A stretch of DNA of 62,451 nucleotides, filler included. It is 6 parts of 6 records of this genome, joined end to end, with 100 filler letters (N's around TTAATTAATTAA, not from the genome) between each part and the next. Parts side by side here need not be neighbours in the genome. Positions count along the whole stretch, not along the records: positions 10,099 to 23,166 come from DRR723986_6305; 5 more parts are not named here. One strand, 5' to 3'. The notes beneath the pieces are model-generated. The model saw only the letters and a program-made list of their open reading frames with translations. It ran no database searches and was not told where the DNA came from. Made by a program: the position numbers and the translations under genes. This document shows, in pieces, positions 10,601-21,672 of the stretch. Position 1 is the stretch's first letter, and the number at the start of each line of letters is the position of its first letter.

Positions 10601-12037
10601 TCAGTTCCGGCAGAGCACCAGCACGGTGTATCGAGAAGCCTCCTCGTCGATCCGGGTCGGGCTCTTGATGTTGGTGATGGTGTTGTAGGAAGGCGCCAGG
10701 CCGAGATCTTCCATGAACTCCGCCATCAGCTTGCCCCTGACCGCGAAATTCACGTTTTCCGGCAGGTCACCGGCCAGTTTGAGCGTCTTGAACTTGTCCA
10801 GACGAGACACAACGGTGCCGACAACAGCCCCCGTCCTGTCCAGAACCGGGCCACCTGAATTGCCTGGCTGTACCGGTGCTGTCAGCATGAAATGGCGGCT
10901 GTCGCCCTTGACGCCTGCCAGCGACGAGATCATGCCGGGAGTGAAGTTCAGGTTGTTGTCCAGGATCTGGGCAAAGGGATAGCCGATCACGAAAATCTCC
11001 TCTCCGCGAACGATCGGCTGTTTTGAACGGAACTGCGCAACATGATCCGACTTGCCGCTGTCGAGCTGCAGGATCGCGAGGTCGTTTTCCGTGTCCGCCT
11101 TCACCAGCCTCGCGGCACCGTGGCCTGGAATATCCAGCGAGCGGCAGTTGCCGACCACATGCGCATTGGTGCCGATGTGGCCTTCTGTCGTGAGGAAATA
11201 GCCGCTGCCGGAGGAGGAGGTCTTGCGGCCGATAATATCCTTGCGTGCTCCCTTGGGAAGCGGATCGCTGCTGTTGTCCTCTTCCAGAACCTGCAGGCCG
11301 GGAGCTGATGTGACCGCGTCCAGTTTCTCCTCATCCGTTCCGTCGTAAAACGTCATGCTGTTCGACATGGCAACTGCCACGCGATCCATGAAGACGGCAT
11401 GGCGTGCCTGCCAGGCAAGCGAAAAGCCGCGGCTGTCCGAAGAGGTCTTCATCATGCGCAGGTAGAAATCACGTCCATCCTGCCGACCGGAGACGACGAA
11501 GTAGTCATTCCGGAATTGCTTGTGCTCCACGGTCCGCCCATCGCTGGTATCGGTCAGACGCTTGTATAGGGCCGCGTAGTCGGTTTCTTCCGCTGAAACC
11601 TGCAGGGTTTCCAGTTCGATGCTGTTGTCGTAGGCCCGCCAGAGGTGTCCGCGCGGCGTCTGGGTGGACGGTTCGAAGAGCTTGCCCGGAACGCCGAGCT
11701 GCAATCCGGAAACGGCGTCCTTGTAGGTTTCAAAACCAACCCGTTCGACAAGGTCTAGGCCATCGCGCTGGAGGATCTGCATCTGCTCGTCGTCGAGCAC
11801 ACCGTTCGGGGTGAAGTCCCGGTGCTTCTGGAAAATTGTGAGCGCGTTATAGGTGAGCCTGCCGAAGGTTCCGTCCACCTGTGAGGCATAGTCTCCCGTA
11901 AAGACCAGCAGGAACTGGATCCGGACCCGTTCTCGCCAGTCCCTGGCATGGAACCAGTCCTTGGACTGATCGTAACCTGCCTGCACGGTGCCGGCTGATA
12001 CCAGCAAAAACACGATGGCATGAAGAAACGAACGCAT
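10601..12037 (-). CDS. Secreted trypsin-like (S1C) serine protease with N-terminal peptidoglycan-binding domain
   Basis: Signal peptide from ATG 12037 (RBS GGGGAG). PG-binding motif 'DGTFGRLT..A...FQ......NGVLD'. Triad 'TNAHVV', 'NDLA', 'QPGNSGGP'. Confidence 0.85.
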   Translation of the reverse strand: MRSFLHAIVFLLVSAGTVQAGYDQSKDWFHARDWRERVRIQFLLVFTGDYASQVDGTFGRLTYNALTIFQKHRDFTPNGVLDDEQMQILQRDGLDLVERVGFETYKDAVSGLQLGVPGKLFEPSTQTPRGHLWRAYDNSIELETLQVSAEETDYAALYKRLTDTSDGRTVEHKQFRNDYFVVSGRQDGRDFYLRMMKTSSDSRGFSLAWQARHAVFMDRVAVAMSNSMTFYDGTDEEKLDAVTSAPGLQVLEEDNSSDPLPKGARKDIIGRKTSSSGSGYFLTTEGHIGTNAHVVGNCRSLDIPGHGAARLVKADTENDLAILQLDSGKSDHVAQFRSKQPIVRGEEIFVIGYPFAQILDNNLNFTPGMISSLAGVKGDSRHFMLTAPVQPGNSGGPVLDRTGAVVGTVVSRLDKFKTLKLAGDLPENVNFAVRGKLMAEFMEDLGLAPSYNTITNIKSPTRIDEEASRYTVLVLCRN

Positions 12038-12175
12038 AACCAGCTCCCCTTGGTCGCGTTCCACATTTTAGCAAAACGGCGATGATGGAAACAGGCTCGC
12101 CCTGCTCAGCCGGGGATATCTCGCGATAAAATTCCGGAGGCGGTGTTCAGATGGAGCGGCCTGAAAAACCATGTT

Positions 12176-13051
12176 TCAAAGCGGAACAACATCGACCTTG
12201 TGATCGGTGGTTTGGGACCCTGACGTGCGCAACACGCCTTTCACCGGTGCCGCGTCTCCATAGTCGCGGCCATGCGCGACAACGATGTGATCCTGTCCGA
12301 CCCTGAGGGCATTGGTGGGGTCATATTCGATCCAGCCGATCTCGATGCCGCACCAGGCCCTGACCCAGGCGTGCATGGCATCCGCACCTTCCAGCCGTTC
12401 CTGGCCTTCCGGCGGAATGGTCCGGAGAAAGCCGCTGACGTAGCCTGCAGGAATGCCGATGCTTCTGAGGCATGCGATCATGATGTGCGAAAAATCCTGA
12501 CAGACGCCATGACGCCGCTCGAACGCCTCGATGGCCGGAGTGTCGACTGTTGTGGCCTCGGCATCGAAACGCATGTCCGTGTTCAAGGCCTTGCCGATGG
12601 CTTCGACGGCGGAAATCGTGCTCATGCCCGGAACGACATGGTCCTGCGCATAGACTGCAAATGCGGGGTCGAGGGGCAGGCGCGGCGAGGCGGAAAGAAA
12701 ATGGACCGGCGCCCTGGGGGCAAGAGACTGAACGCCGGAGAGCTCCCTTGCCAGCGCGTGCAATGGCGGTGAAATATCGAGTTCTTCCGGCACCGCGGTT
12801 CTGTCGATACGGGCCTTAAGCTTGAAACTGAGTTCGCTGTGGCTGCGCCTGTAGGCAACGTCGGTGACAGCATTGCCGAAGAAGTCCGTCCGGTCGTGAC
12901 GCTCAGAAGGGCCAGGCACGATATGGATCTGCCCCGCCATCAGCTTCTGCTCGCCGGGAATGGTCGCCGGCATCAGCCGGAGCGCATGATGTCCGTAGTT
13001 GGCCGGGCTGGCATAGTCGTAGGTGATTTCAAGCGTTACATCGTAATGCAC
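12176..13051 (-). CDS. Transglutaminase-like protein (Bact_transglu_N + core)
   Basis: Triad 'GVCQDFSH', 'HAW', 'YDPTN', plus 'GRDYGD'. Confidence 0.92.
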   Translation of the reverse strand: MHYDVTLEITYDYASPANYGHHALRLMPATIPGEQKLMAGQIHIVPGPSERHDRTDFFGNAVTDVAYRRSHSELSFKLKARIDRTAVPEELDISPPLHALARELSGVQSLAPRAPVHFLSASPRLPLDPAFAVYAQDHVVPGMSTISAVEAIGKALNTDMRFDAEATTVDTPAIEAFERRHGVCQDFSHIMIACLRSIGIPAGYVSGFLRTIPPEGQERLEGADAMHAWVRAWCGIEIGWIEYDPTNALRVGQDHIVVAHGRDYGDAAPVKGVLRTSGSQTTDHKVDVVPL

Positions 13052-13093
13052 GGGCGCCTCGCGTCGGGCGTGTCGGGTGAAAGCGACCGTCCG

Positions 13094-15499
13094 TTACCGG
13101 ATATAGGCATCGGTCAGCTCCACGGAGATATAGGAGATCTGATCGCGAAGATCGGCAAGAGAAGCCGGTGTCAGTGTCTCCGGGGTGGCGATTGCCAGAA
13201 GTGTGTGAACCTGCAGGACGGAGCGGGCCAGCTCCGACAGATGTCCGTTTTCCGTCGCGTTGGGCAGCACGCCGATATGGTCTTTCATGTCGGTCAGCTG
13301 GTAGAGCACCGCGCGCGGGTTCTTGGTGTCCATCGCCAAAAGGTCCAGCACGGTGGCATGGCTGAGAGAGACCGCATAACGCCGGCTCATGGACATGGCA
13401 CTGTCGCCAACCTCAAGCAGCAGTTCAAGAGAGCCTTCCGGGGCGTCTTCGTCTGTAAAGACCGACAGGAGATCAGCCATCCGGTGGGCGCGTTCCAGTG
13501 CACGGCCGATGGACAGGAAGCGCCAGCCGATAAACCTGTACATGTTTTCATGCACAAGACCCGAAAAGCCGGTGATCTTGCGCAGCAGCAGGCCCATGGC
13601 TCTGGTAACGTCGGCATTGTCGCGCATCGTGCGCTTGGCGCCGTTCGCGGCCTGGGCAAGGTCGTTCAGCGCCAGCCAGCCATCGACGGAAAACCGGTCG
13701 CGTACCTTTGCAGCGCTGGCGACGGCCGATTGCAGCATGTCGCACAGGCCATCGGGAACCGGCTCGACGGGCGCCATGCCGATCTTGTCCAGATATTCCG
13801 CCGTCAATGCCACAAGCGGGGCTTCCGGGTCCGCCGTTTCCATCAACCGGGCATGATAGGCACGCAGCAGCCGCACCGCGCCTTCCGCACGCTCCACGTA
13901 GCGACCGAGCCAGAACAGGTTGTCGGCTGCGCGCGATGGCAGGGAACCGGTCTGTGATTTGAAGAACGGCGATTCCGTCTGGTGGAGCAAGGTTTCCTTG
14001 TGCGGCTTCTGACCGCCGACGATCCACACATCGGCCGCGGATCCGCCCGCCTGCATGGCGATCGCACTTGCATCTTCCGTTTGTCCGATCCGGGCAAAGC
14101 CGCCAGACATGACTTCCCAGCCATTGGTCGTTCGGGCCAGGAAGACGCGCAGGCTCATCGGTCGGGGGACCAGAAGCCCGTTGTCATAAGCAGGCGTCGT
14201 CGACAGGGTCACGGCTTCCTGCCCGACCAGCTTGTCGCTCTTGCTGTCGATCCAGGTTTCCAGAATGCCCTTGTGGAACTTGTCGAAATCCTTGCCGATA
14301 AAATCGGTATGGGAGGACGTGAAAGGCAGCGCGGTCGACAGCGCGGGGCTGAACATCATGCCTTCCGCATTTTCTTTCACGTAGGCTTTCGTTCCCTCTT
14401 CACCGCACCACCAGGTCGCGACGTTCGGCAGCTTCAGCGGCTCGCCGAGCAGGTGTTCGCTGATGCGCGGCAGAAAGGCAAGGAGCGCACGCGTTTCCAG
14501 AATGCCGGTGCCGAGCGCGTTGATCATGGTGACTGCGCCGCTGCGGACCGCCTGAACAAGACCCGGTGTACCGATGTGAGAGGTTTCGTTCAATTCCACC
14601 GGATCGGCCCAGGCGGCATCAAGGCGCCGCCAGAGAACGCTGACGGGTCTCAGCCCGGCGACCGTGCGAACCATCAGCTTGCCGTTTTCAACTGTCAGGT
14701 CCTCACCTTCCAGCAGCATGAAGCCGAGATAGCGGGCGATGTAGGCATGCTCGAAATAGGTGTCGTTCAGCGGGCCTGGTGTCAGGATCGAAACGCGGCT
14801 TTCGCTTTCTCCACGCAGCTCGACCAGGTGGTCGCGAAACCGCCGGAAAAACCCGGCCAGCCGATGGACATTGGCGCGGGCGAAGAACTCGTTGAAGACG
14901 CGTCCAGTTGCGACCCGGTTTTCCAGCGCGAAGCCGGCACCGGAAGGCGCCTGTGCCCTGTCGGACAGAACCCACCAGGTTCCGTCCGGCCCGCGGCCGA
15001 TCTCGAACGACAGGAAGTGCAGAAAGTGTCCGGATTTCGGCTTGATGCCCACCAGTGGACGCTGCCACTCCGGGCTTTGCGCAATCAGGCTTGCCGGAAG
15101 GTAGCCGTTGGTCACCAGCCTGTTGTCGCCATAAAGATCGGCGACAACCTGTTCCAGAAGTTCGGCGCGCTGGGTCAGACCGTCTGCAATCACCTGCCAG
15201 TCGTCCTGGCTGATGATCACCGGAATATGGCTCAACGGCCATTCCCGCTCATTCGCCCCGTCCTGCCCGTATTGGCGGAAATAGACCCCGGCATCGTTCA
15301 GATACTGATTGCCGCGCGCGAAACGCTCGGTAATTTCCTCCGGCGTCAGAGCGCTCAGATGCTCCAGAAACGGCCGCCAGACCGGTCTTACCCGGCCATC
15401 AGGGAAGAGCAGCTCGTCCGAAACATCCGGAAAGGGACGATAGGCCTTCAAGAGGCCGTAGCGAAGCGCTCCGGGTTCTGCGTTTTCGTCCAAGCTCAT
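13094..15499 (-). CDS. Circularly permuted type-2 ATP-grasp protein fused to alpha-E domain
   Basis: 'DRAQAPSGAGFALENR', 'YFEHAYIARYLG', 'DP.EL...S.IGTPGL'. Alpha-E ER motifs 'WLGRYVERAE' and 'IGRALERA'. Confidence 0.9.
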   Translation of the reverse strand: MSLDENAEPGALRYGLLKAYRPFPDVSDELLFPDGRVRPVWRPFLEHLSALTPEEITERFARGNQYLNDAGVYFRQYGQDGANEREWPLSHIPVIISQDDWQVIADGLTQRAELLEQVVADLYGDNRLVTNGYLPASLIAQSPEWQRPLVGIKPKSGHFLHFLSFEIGRGPDGTWWVLSDRAQAPSGAGFALENRVATGRVFNEFFARANVHRLAGFFRRFRDHLVELRGESESRVSILTPGPLNDTYFEHAYIARYLGFMLLEGEDLTVENGKLMVRTVAGLRPVSVLWRRLDAAWADPVELNETSHIGTPGLVQAVRSGAVTMINALGTGILETRALLAFLPRISEHLLGEPLKLPNVATWWCGEEGTKAYVKENAEGMMFSPALSTALPFTSSHTDFIGKDFDKFHKGILETWIDSKSDKLVGQEAVTLSTTPAYDNGLLVPRPMSLRVFLARTTNGWEVMSGGFARIGQTEDASAIAMQAGGSAADVWIVGGQKPHKETLLHQTESPFFKSQTGSLPSRAADNLFWLGRYVERAEGAVRLLRAYHARLMETADPEAPLVALTAEYLDKIGMAPVEPVPDGLCDMLQSAVASAAKVRDRFSVDGWLALNDLAQAANGAKRTMRDNADVTRAMGLLLRKITGFSGLVHENMYRFIGWRFLSIGRALERAHRMADLLSVFTDEDAPEGSLELLLEVGDSAMSMSRRYAVSLSHATVLDLLAMDTKNPRAVLYQLTDMKDHIGVLPNATENGHLSELARSVLQVHTLLAIATPETLTPASLADLRDQISYISVELTDAYIR

Positions 15500-15532
15500 G
15501 CATCGTTTCCAGTCGGCGGGGCTGCCGGTTCG

Positions 15533-18500
15533 TCAGACATTCTGCGGTCTGCGCAGGTCCAACGTCAACGGAAACTCCGGATGCGGCCGTTCAAGCCCCG
15601 GAAGATAGAGCCCCGGCGTATGGCCGTGCGGCTCGAACCTTGCAAGGCGGCGGGCTTCTGCCTCGTTCCCGTTGACAGGAAACGTGTCATAGTTCCGTCC
15701 GCCCGGATGCGCAACATGATAGACGCAGCCACCAAGGGCCCGGCCGCTCCAGCGATCGAAGATATCGAAGGTCAGCGGGGCGTCGACCGGATGCACGGGG
15801 TGCAGCGCCATGGCCGGTTGCCAGGCCTTGTAACGGACACCGGCAACCGAAACGCCGTTGGTCTCGGTTTTCCTGAGCGGCAAGGTCCGCCGGTTACAGG
15901 TGACGGCGTAGCGGTCCGGATCGCTGGTGGTGAGCTTGACCTGCAGACGTTCAGTGGAACTGTCCGTATAGCGCACGGTGCCACCGATGGCGCCGGTTTC
16001 GCCCAGTACGTGCCAGGGTTCCAGCGCCTGTCGAAGTTCAAGGTGAACACCATCGACCTCGAGTTCTCCGCAGAAGGGGAAGCGGAATTCGGCCTGGGCT
16101 TCGAACCAGTCCGGACGCATCTGAAAACCGTGATGCTCCAGATCACCCAGGACGTCGAGAAAATCGGTCCAGACATAATGCGGCAGCATGAACCGGTCGT
16201 GCAGGGCCGTGCCCCAACGGGTCAGGTTGCCGGACAGTGGCTGCTGCCACAGGCGCGCAATGAGCGCCCTGAGCAACAGCTGCTGGGCGAGGCTCATGCG
16301 CGGGTCCGGCGGCATTTCGAAGCCGCGAAACTCGACGAGGCCCAGCCGTCCTGTCGGGCCGTCGGGGGAATAGAGCTTGTCGATGCAGATTTCCGCCCGG
16401 TGGGTGTTGCCGGTGACATCCACCAGAAGGTTGCGCAGCAACCGGTCCACCAGCCAGGGGAACGGCGTTGCCCCTTCATGTGGGCGGTGGATCTGTGACA
16501 GGGCGACTTCCAACTCGTAAAGGCCGTCATGACGGGCCTCATCGACGCGCGGTGCCTGCGAGGTCGGGCCGATAAAGAGGCCGGAGAACAGGTAGGACAG
16601 GCTTGGATGGCGCTGCCAGTGCAGGATCAGGCTGCGCAGGAGATCAGGCCGGCGCAGGAACGGACTGTCGAGCGGCGTCGCACCGCCAACTACCACGTGG
16701 TTGCCGCCGCCGGTGCCGGTGTGCTTGCCGTCAATCATGAACTTGTCGGCACCGAGCCGCGACTGCCGGGCTTCCTCGTAGACGCCTTCGGTGATCGCGA
16801 CACATTCCTGCCAGCTGGATGCCGGATGGATGTTGACCTCGATGACGCCCGGATCCGGTGCAACGCGGATGACATTCATGCGCGGGTCGGGCGGGGGCGG
16901 ATATCCTTCGATATGAACCGGCAGGTTCAAGTCAGCCGCGGCAGATTCCGCCACCGAGATGAGTTCCAGATAGTCCTCGATCCGTTCCACCGGCGGCATG
17001 AAGACACAAAGACGTCCGTCGCGAGCTTCCACCGACAGCGCTGTTCTGACCGATGCCCCGCCAAATTCGTCGTCCGTCAGGGTTTGTTCCCGCCGGTCCT
17101 GCTGGCCTTCGCTGGCGGTGAAATGGGCAACATCCTGCCTGCGGTCAGCGCGCGGGCCCGCAGGAAACTCCGGCAACGGATCGCGGGGGACGGTCGGATC
17201 GGCGATGTTGGTGTAGGGATATTGGGCCGGTGGGACATGGGGCAGGGATTCCAGCGGCAGGCGGTAGCCGACAGGGCTGTCTCCGGGAACGAGGAACAGC
17301 GCGTCACGGCGCAGCTTCCAGCGTTCGGATCGCCAGCGGTGTCCGCCGGCCTTCGATTGCCAGCGCTGGATCGGCAGCACATGTCCGGCAGGTTCGGTCA
17401 GCCCCCGGTCGAAGACACGGGCAATACGATGCCGGGCCTCGGCATCCTCCAGCTTGGAATTTTTCGGGGTGACATTTTCCGGAAGGTTGGCTTCCTTCAC
17501 CAGCCACACCGCCGGGTCTTCATAGGCGGCCACGACGTGGTCCGGGTCGATTTCCAGCTTCGTTGCGATCTCCTGCAGCAGCGCTGCGGCCTGATCTGCG
17601 CTGGCCTTGGTATCGTCGCCTTCTTCCGCGATCAAATCCGGATCATGCCAGATCGGTTTTTCGTCGCGGCGCCAGTAAAGCGAGAAAGTCCAGCGGGGCA
17701 GGGTTTCACCCGGGTACCATTTCCCCTGGCCGTAATGCAGGAACCCTCCAGGGGCAAAGCGTTCACGCAGCCGGCGGATCAGAATGTCCGCCTTCTGGCG
17801 TTTGGTCGGGCCGACCGCGTCGGTGTTCCATTCAGCGGCTTCGAAATCATCGATCGAGACGAAGGTGGGTTCACCGCCCATGGTCAGGCGGACGTCCTCC
17901 TGCGACAGGATCCGGTCGACCTTGGTGCCGAGCTGATTGAGTGCCGACCAGGCATCGTCTGAAAACGGCTTGGTGATGCGCGGATGTTCGGCGACGCGGG
18001 CCACCTTCATGTCGAAGGCAAAGTCGACCTCTGCCTTGCTTGCCATGCCGACAATCGGGGCGGCGTTGACGTAATGCGGCGTCGCGGCCAGCGGAATGTG
18101 GCTTTCGCCTGCCAGAAGGCCGGAGGTCGGATCGAGCCCGATCCAGCCTGCACCCGGCAGGAAGACTTCGGCCCAGGCATGCAGATCGGTGAAATCGTGA
18201 TCGGTGCCGGAGGGGCCGTCCAGTGCTTCCAGATCTGGCTTCAACTGGATGAGATAACCGGAGACAAACCTTGCGGCAAAACCGAGATGGCGCAGGGCCT
18301 GCACCAGCAGCCAGGTGGAATCGCGGCAGGACCCGGTTCCTTTCTCGAAGGTTTCTTCCGGTGTCTGTACGCCAGGCTCCATGCGAATGACATAGTTGAC
18401 GGTCTGGGAGACCTTGGCGTTCAGCCCGACGATGAAGTCGACGGTTCTCTGGCGATCCTTCGGGACCGTTTCCAGGAAAGCGGTCATGTGCGGGCCGGTC

Positions 18501-18865
18501 GGGTCGAGGCGACGGTAAATCTGAAGATCTTCGCGAAGTTCCGGCGGATAGTCGAAGGGCCATTCCTCCGCGCTCTCCTCGATGAAGAAATCGAAGGGAT
18601 TGTAGACGGCCATGTCGGCGACCAGATCCACTTCGATCTTGAATTCGCGTACAGGCTCGGGAAACACGAAGCGGGACAGCCAGTTGCCGTAGGGGTCCTG
18701 CTGGTGATTGACGAAGTGTCCTTCGGGCGAAACCTTCAACGAGTGAGACAGGACCCGGGTGCGGCTGTGAGGGGCCGGCCGCAAGCGGATAATCTGCGGG
18801 CTTAAGGTAACCGGACGGTCGTATCGGTAATGGGTCAGGTGATAAATGCTTGCACGAATTGACAT
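15533..18865 (-). CDS. Transglutaminase domain fused to DUF2126 putative COOH-NH2 amidoligase
   Basis: TGase 'GSCRDS..LHAWAE..DPTSG'. DUF2126 'MGGEPTFVS', '[12 protein letters not shown]', 'TGGGNH', 'EFRGFEMPP', 'EAEARR'. Confidence 0.92.
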   Translation of the reverse strand: MSIRASIYHLTHYRYDRPVTLSPQIIRLRPAPHSRTRVLSHSLKVSPEGHFVNHQQDPYGNWLSRFVFPEPVREFKIEVDLVADMAVYNPFDFFIEESAEEWPFDYPPELREDLQIYRRLDPTGPHMTAFLETVPKDRQRTVDFIVGLNAKVSQTVNYVIRMEPGVQTPEETFEKGTGSCRDSTWLLVQALRHLGFAARFVSGYLIQLKPDLEALDGPSGTDHDFTDLHAWAEVFLPGAGWIGLDPTSGLLAGESHIPLAATPHYVNAAPIVGMASKAEVDFAFDMKVARVAEHPRITKPFSDDAWSALNQLGTKVDRILSQEDVRLTMGGEPTFVSIDDFEAAEWNTDAVGPTKRQKADILIRRLRERFAPGGFLHYGQGKWYPGETLPRWTFSLYWRRDEKPIWHDPDLIAEEGDDTKASADQAAALLQEIATKLEIDPDHVVAAYEDPAVWLVKEANLPENVTPKNSKLEDAEARHRIARVFDRGLTEPAGHVLPIQRWQSKAGGHRWRSERWKLRRDALFLVPGDSPVGYRLPLESLPHVPPAQYPYTNIADPTVPRDPLPEFPAGPRADRRQDVAHFTASEGQQDRREQTLTDDEFGGASVRTALSVEARDGRLCVFMPPVERIEDYLELISVAESAAADLNLPVHIEGYPPPPDPRMNVIRVAPDPGVIEVNIHPASSWQECVAITEGVYEEARQSRLGADKFMIDGKHTGTGGGNHVVVGGATPLDSPFLRRPDLLRSLILHWQRHPSLSYLFSGLFIGPTSQAPRVDEARHDGLYELEVALSQIHRPHEGATPFPWLVDRLLRNLLVDVTGNTHRAEICIDKLYSPDGPTGRLGLVEFRGFEMPPDPRMSLAQQLLLRALIARLWQQPLSGNLTRWGTALHDRFMLPHYVWTDFLDVLGDLEHHGFQMRPDWFEAQAEFRFPFCGELEVDGVHLELRQALEPWHVLGETGAIGGTVRYTDSSTERLQVKLTTSDPDRYAVTCNRRTLPLRKTETNGVSVAGVRYKAWQPAMALHPVHPVDAPLTFDIFDRWSGRALGGCVYHVAHPGGRNYDTFPVNGNEAEARRLARFEPHGHTPGLYLPGLERPHPEFPLTLDLRRPQNV

Positions 18866-19469
18866 TTACAGGGTCCCGGTATTTGTCCGTTTCAAAGCGC
18901 GAGTGTCAGGTTTTCACAAAATCAAACGCATAACCACGTCTTTCTGTAGGCAGTTTCGCCTCACGAACGGGCTGCAAGCATCTTGTGAAAGGAGAAGACC
19001 GGGAACCAGGTGAAATCCGGTGTCGCCGGTCAGGGTTCGTTAAACACGATGCAATCCTTCCGGCGAAGCCGGCTCTGACGAGCGCTTTTCCTGTGCTAAT
19101 TTCGGATTGATTAACACAATCGGATCAAGGTGCCGGCTGCCAGCGAATGGCCAGCAGGCGGCAGGTCTGTTGCGGCCGGGTTTCAGGCAGGACTGTCTCG
19201 GAAACCGGTTTCTGGCAATCTTTGGATATGCGCCAATAAAATGTGCGTAAGTGGTTGCCACTTCTGCAGAACATATTTGTGGTAGCTAATATGACGCCGG
19301 GGGTATGACCAGGCACTGTTTCGGTGCGATCGTCCGGCCCCATGTCAAGGTTCCGTTCGGCTTTCGAACATTCAACCGGTGCCGCGGTGAATGTTCGTGA
19401 TCTGAAGCGGGGCCGTTCTTGCGTGAAGAGTTGCAAGACGGGACGGGCAAGGATGAAGAGCGAAGGATA

Positions 19470-20561
19470 ATGATGTTCGTCAGACTGCTGTGCATGGTGT
19501 GGTTCTGGGTGGCAGCCGGCGTGGTCCAGGCGGCGGACTTCCGCGTGACCTTCATCAATCCGGGTGGTGAGACCGGTTTCTGGGGTGATGTGTCCAGAAC
19601 TATGATGGCGGCTGCTGCCGATCTGAACGTCGACCTGGAAATCCTGCACGCCGATCGGCGTCCCTACGGCATGGAAGAGCTTCTCAGCCTCCGGCTGGAA
19701 CAAGGGGAGCTGCCGGACTATTTCATTCTGGTCAACGAGAACCAGGCGGCTGCCCGTCTGATGCAGCTTATGGAGGGCCGGGAGAGCAAAGTTCTTTTCC
19801 TGCTCAACAAGCTGACGCCGAAGCAACGGGCCGACCTGGAACGCAGGAACATCGATCTTCATGGTATTATCGCCTCGGTCGTTCCGGACAATGAAACGGC
19901 CGGTTACGAGATGGCACAGTCGTTGTTTGCCGAAGCGCGGCGGCTCAACCCGGAGGCAGGGGAAATCCGGTTGCTGTCCCTAACAGGCGATTCAACCACG
20001 CCTGCCGGATTGCAGCGGGAACTCGGCATGTTGCGGGCTGTCGCAGACAACAGCGACGTCAAACTGGTCCATGCCATTCCGGTCGACTGGAGCGAGGAAC
20101 TTGCTTTCGCGCGGACGAAAAGCGTTTTGAACCGCACGCGAATTGACGTCGTCTGGGGTGCGAACGATGACATTGCTTTCGGTGCACAGCGTGCTGCAAC
20201 CGACGCAGGGCTGACCATCGGCAAGGATATATTGTTCGCCGGGTTGAACTGGTCGAACCGCGGCATGAACGCGGTACGGTCCAACGAACTGACCATGACA
20301 CATGGCGGGCATTTCTTTGCAGGCGCCTGGGCGATCGTGATGCTGAGGGATCATTTCTTCAGAAGTGTTCAGGGGGAAGTTTTCGTCGATGTCGTGTTCA
20401 AGATGTCGCCGATCACCGCCCAGAACGTCGAGCTATATCTCAGCAGGCTTGGTGACGGGAATTGGGACAAGATCGACTTTGCCCGTTTCTGCAAATCGTC
20501 TTCCAATCATAGCCACTACGATTTTTCAGCTGACGCCATTCTGGAAGCTGCCGGCAGTTGA
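19470..20561 (+). CDS. Type I periplasmic solute-binding protein (sugar-binding-like)
   Basis: Signal peptide, 'TFINPG..GFW', 'WGANDDIAFGA', 'GGHFFAGAW'. Start moved to ATG 19470 after RBS AAGGA. Confidence 0.8.
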   Translation: MMFVRLLCMVWFWVAAGVVQAADFRVTFINPGGETGFWGDVSRTMMAAAADLNVDLEILHADRRPYGMEELLSLRLEQGELPDYFILVNENQAAARLMQLMEGRESKVLFLLNKLTPKQRADLERRNIDLHGIIASVVPDNETAGYEMAQSLFAEARRLNPEAGEIRLLSLTGDSTTPAGLQRELGMLRAVADNSDVKLVHAIPVDWSEELAFARTKSVLNRTRIDVVWGANDDIAFGAQRAATDAGLTIGKDILFAGLNWSNRGMNAVRSNELTMTHGGHFFAGAWAIVMLRDHFFRSVQGEVFVDVVFKMSPITAQNVELYLSRLGDGNWDKIDFARFCKSSSNHSHYDFSADAILEAAGS

Positions 20562-20697
20562 CCGGCGTGCCGGTTGGGAGTGGACGGCTGTTGTTTCTTT
20601 TCTCGTAACACTTTGAATTCTCTCCTATCCAAGTCTGCTGTCCGGACGGTATAGATGCCGTGGAGGGGCCACTTGAAGAGCCCAGCGGGAGAGAGCC

Positions 20698-21552
20698 ATG
20701 AGCGACGAAGCCGAACCAGGCAAAGCCTATAATCCGGAAACGGAAGGCGCCGAGATGCGCTTTGCGGACAAGATGTCCTATGGCGACTATCTGGGGCTGA
20801 CGCAGATTCTGAATGCACAGGCACCCTTGTCGGACGCTTCCGACGAACTGCTTTTCATCATTCAGCACCAGACGTCGGAATTGTGGATGAAGCTCATGCT
20901 GCATGAGCTGAACGCCGCTCGCGATGCGATTGCCGATGATCACATGCCGCAGGCGATGAAGCTTCTTGCCCGGGTCAGCCGGATCATGGAGCAACTGAAT
21001 TCTGCCTGGGATGTGCTGCGGACAATGACGCCGAGCGACTACACTCAGTTCCGGGATGCCCTCGGCATGTCCTCGGGCTTCCAGTCGCTGCAATACCGGC
21101 TGATCGAATATGCGCTGGGCAACCGGAACACGGCAATGATCCGACCGCACGAGCACGACGCTCAAAGCGTTGCTTTGCTGAATGCGGAGCTGGCCCGCCC
21201 CAGCCTTTATCAGGTCGTGCTGGCATTCGCCCGCCGCCAGGGTCTCGATGTGCCGGATGACGCAATTGCGGTACCTGCTACTGCTCCACATCTTGAAGTT
21301 CCCGAGATCATGTCGCTCTGGCAGAAGGTTTACCGGGATCCGTCCGCCCATTGGGCCCTTTACGAGGTCGGTGAGAAACTGGTTGATCTGGAAGACTACT
21401 TCCGCCGGTGGCGCTTCAATCATGTCACCACCGTGGAACGGGTGATCGGCTTCAAACGTGGAACCGGCGGAACCGGCGGCGTCAGTTACCTGAAGCGCAT
21501 GCTGGAAGTCGAACTCTTCCCCGAGCTCTGGCATGTGCGCACGGCGCTCTGA
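20698..21552 (+). CDS. kynA: Tryptophan 2,3-dioxygenase
   Basis: '[15 protein letters not shown]', '[10 protein letters not shown]', '[22 protein letters not shown]'. Confidence 0.95.
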   Translation: MSDEAEPGKAYNPETEGAEMRFADKMSYGDYLGLTQILNAQAPLSDASDELLFIIQHQTSELWMKLMLHELNAARDAIADDHMPQAMKLLARVSRIMEQLNSAWDVLRTMTPSDYTQFRDALGMSSGFQSLQYRLIEYALGNRNTAMIRPHEHDAQSVALLNAELARPSLYQVVLAFARRQGLDVPDDAIAVPATAPHLEVPEIMSLWQKVYRDPSAHWALYEVGEKLVDLEDYFRRWRFNHVTTVERVIGFKRGTGGTGGVSYLKRMLEVELFPELWHVRTAL

Positions 21553-21672
21553 AACAGGCTGCGTCTCGTCATTCTTGGACGAATTGCATGTTTGCCATCG
21601 GCGTTTGTGCCGATAGAGTGTCGTTTCAAGAGCCCCGCAAGCGGGCTCAAGGGACTGAAGAGGGGATTTCCT

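Noticed and set aside
13982-16498. 838-aa plus-strand ORF
   Set aside because: Antisense shadow of the ATP-grasp and DUF2126 genes in GC-rich DNA, with no recognisable motifs.
18995-19040. Cobalamin-riboswitch-like 'GGGAA..GGTGAAATCC'
   Set aside because: The stem does not pair properly, the downstream GCAACTGT/B12-box elements are absent, and there is no B12-related gene.
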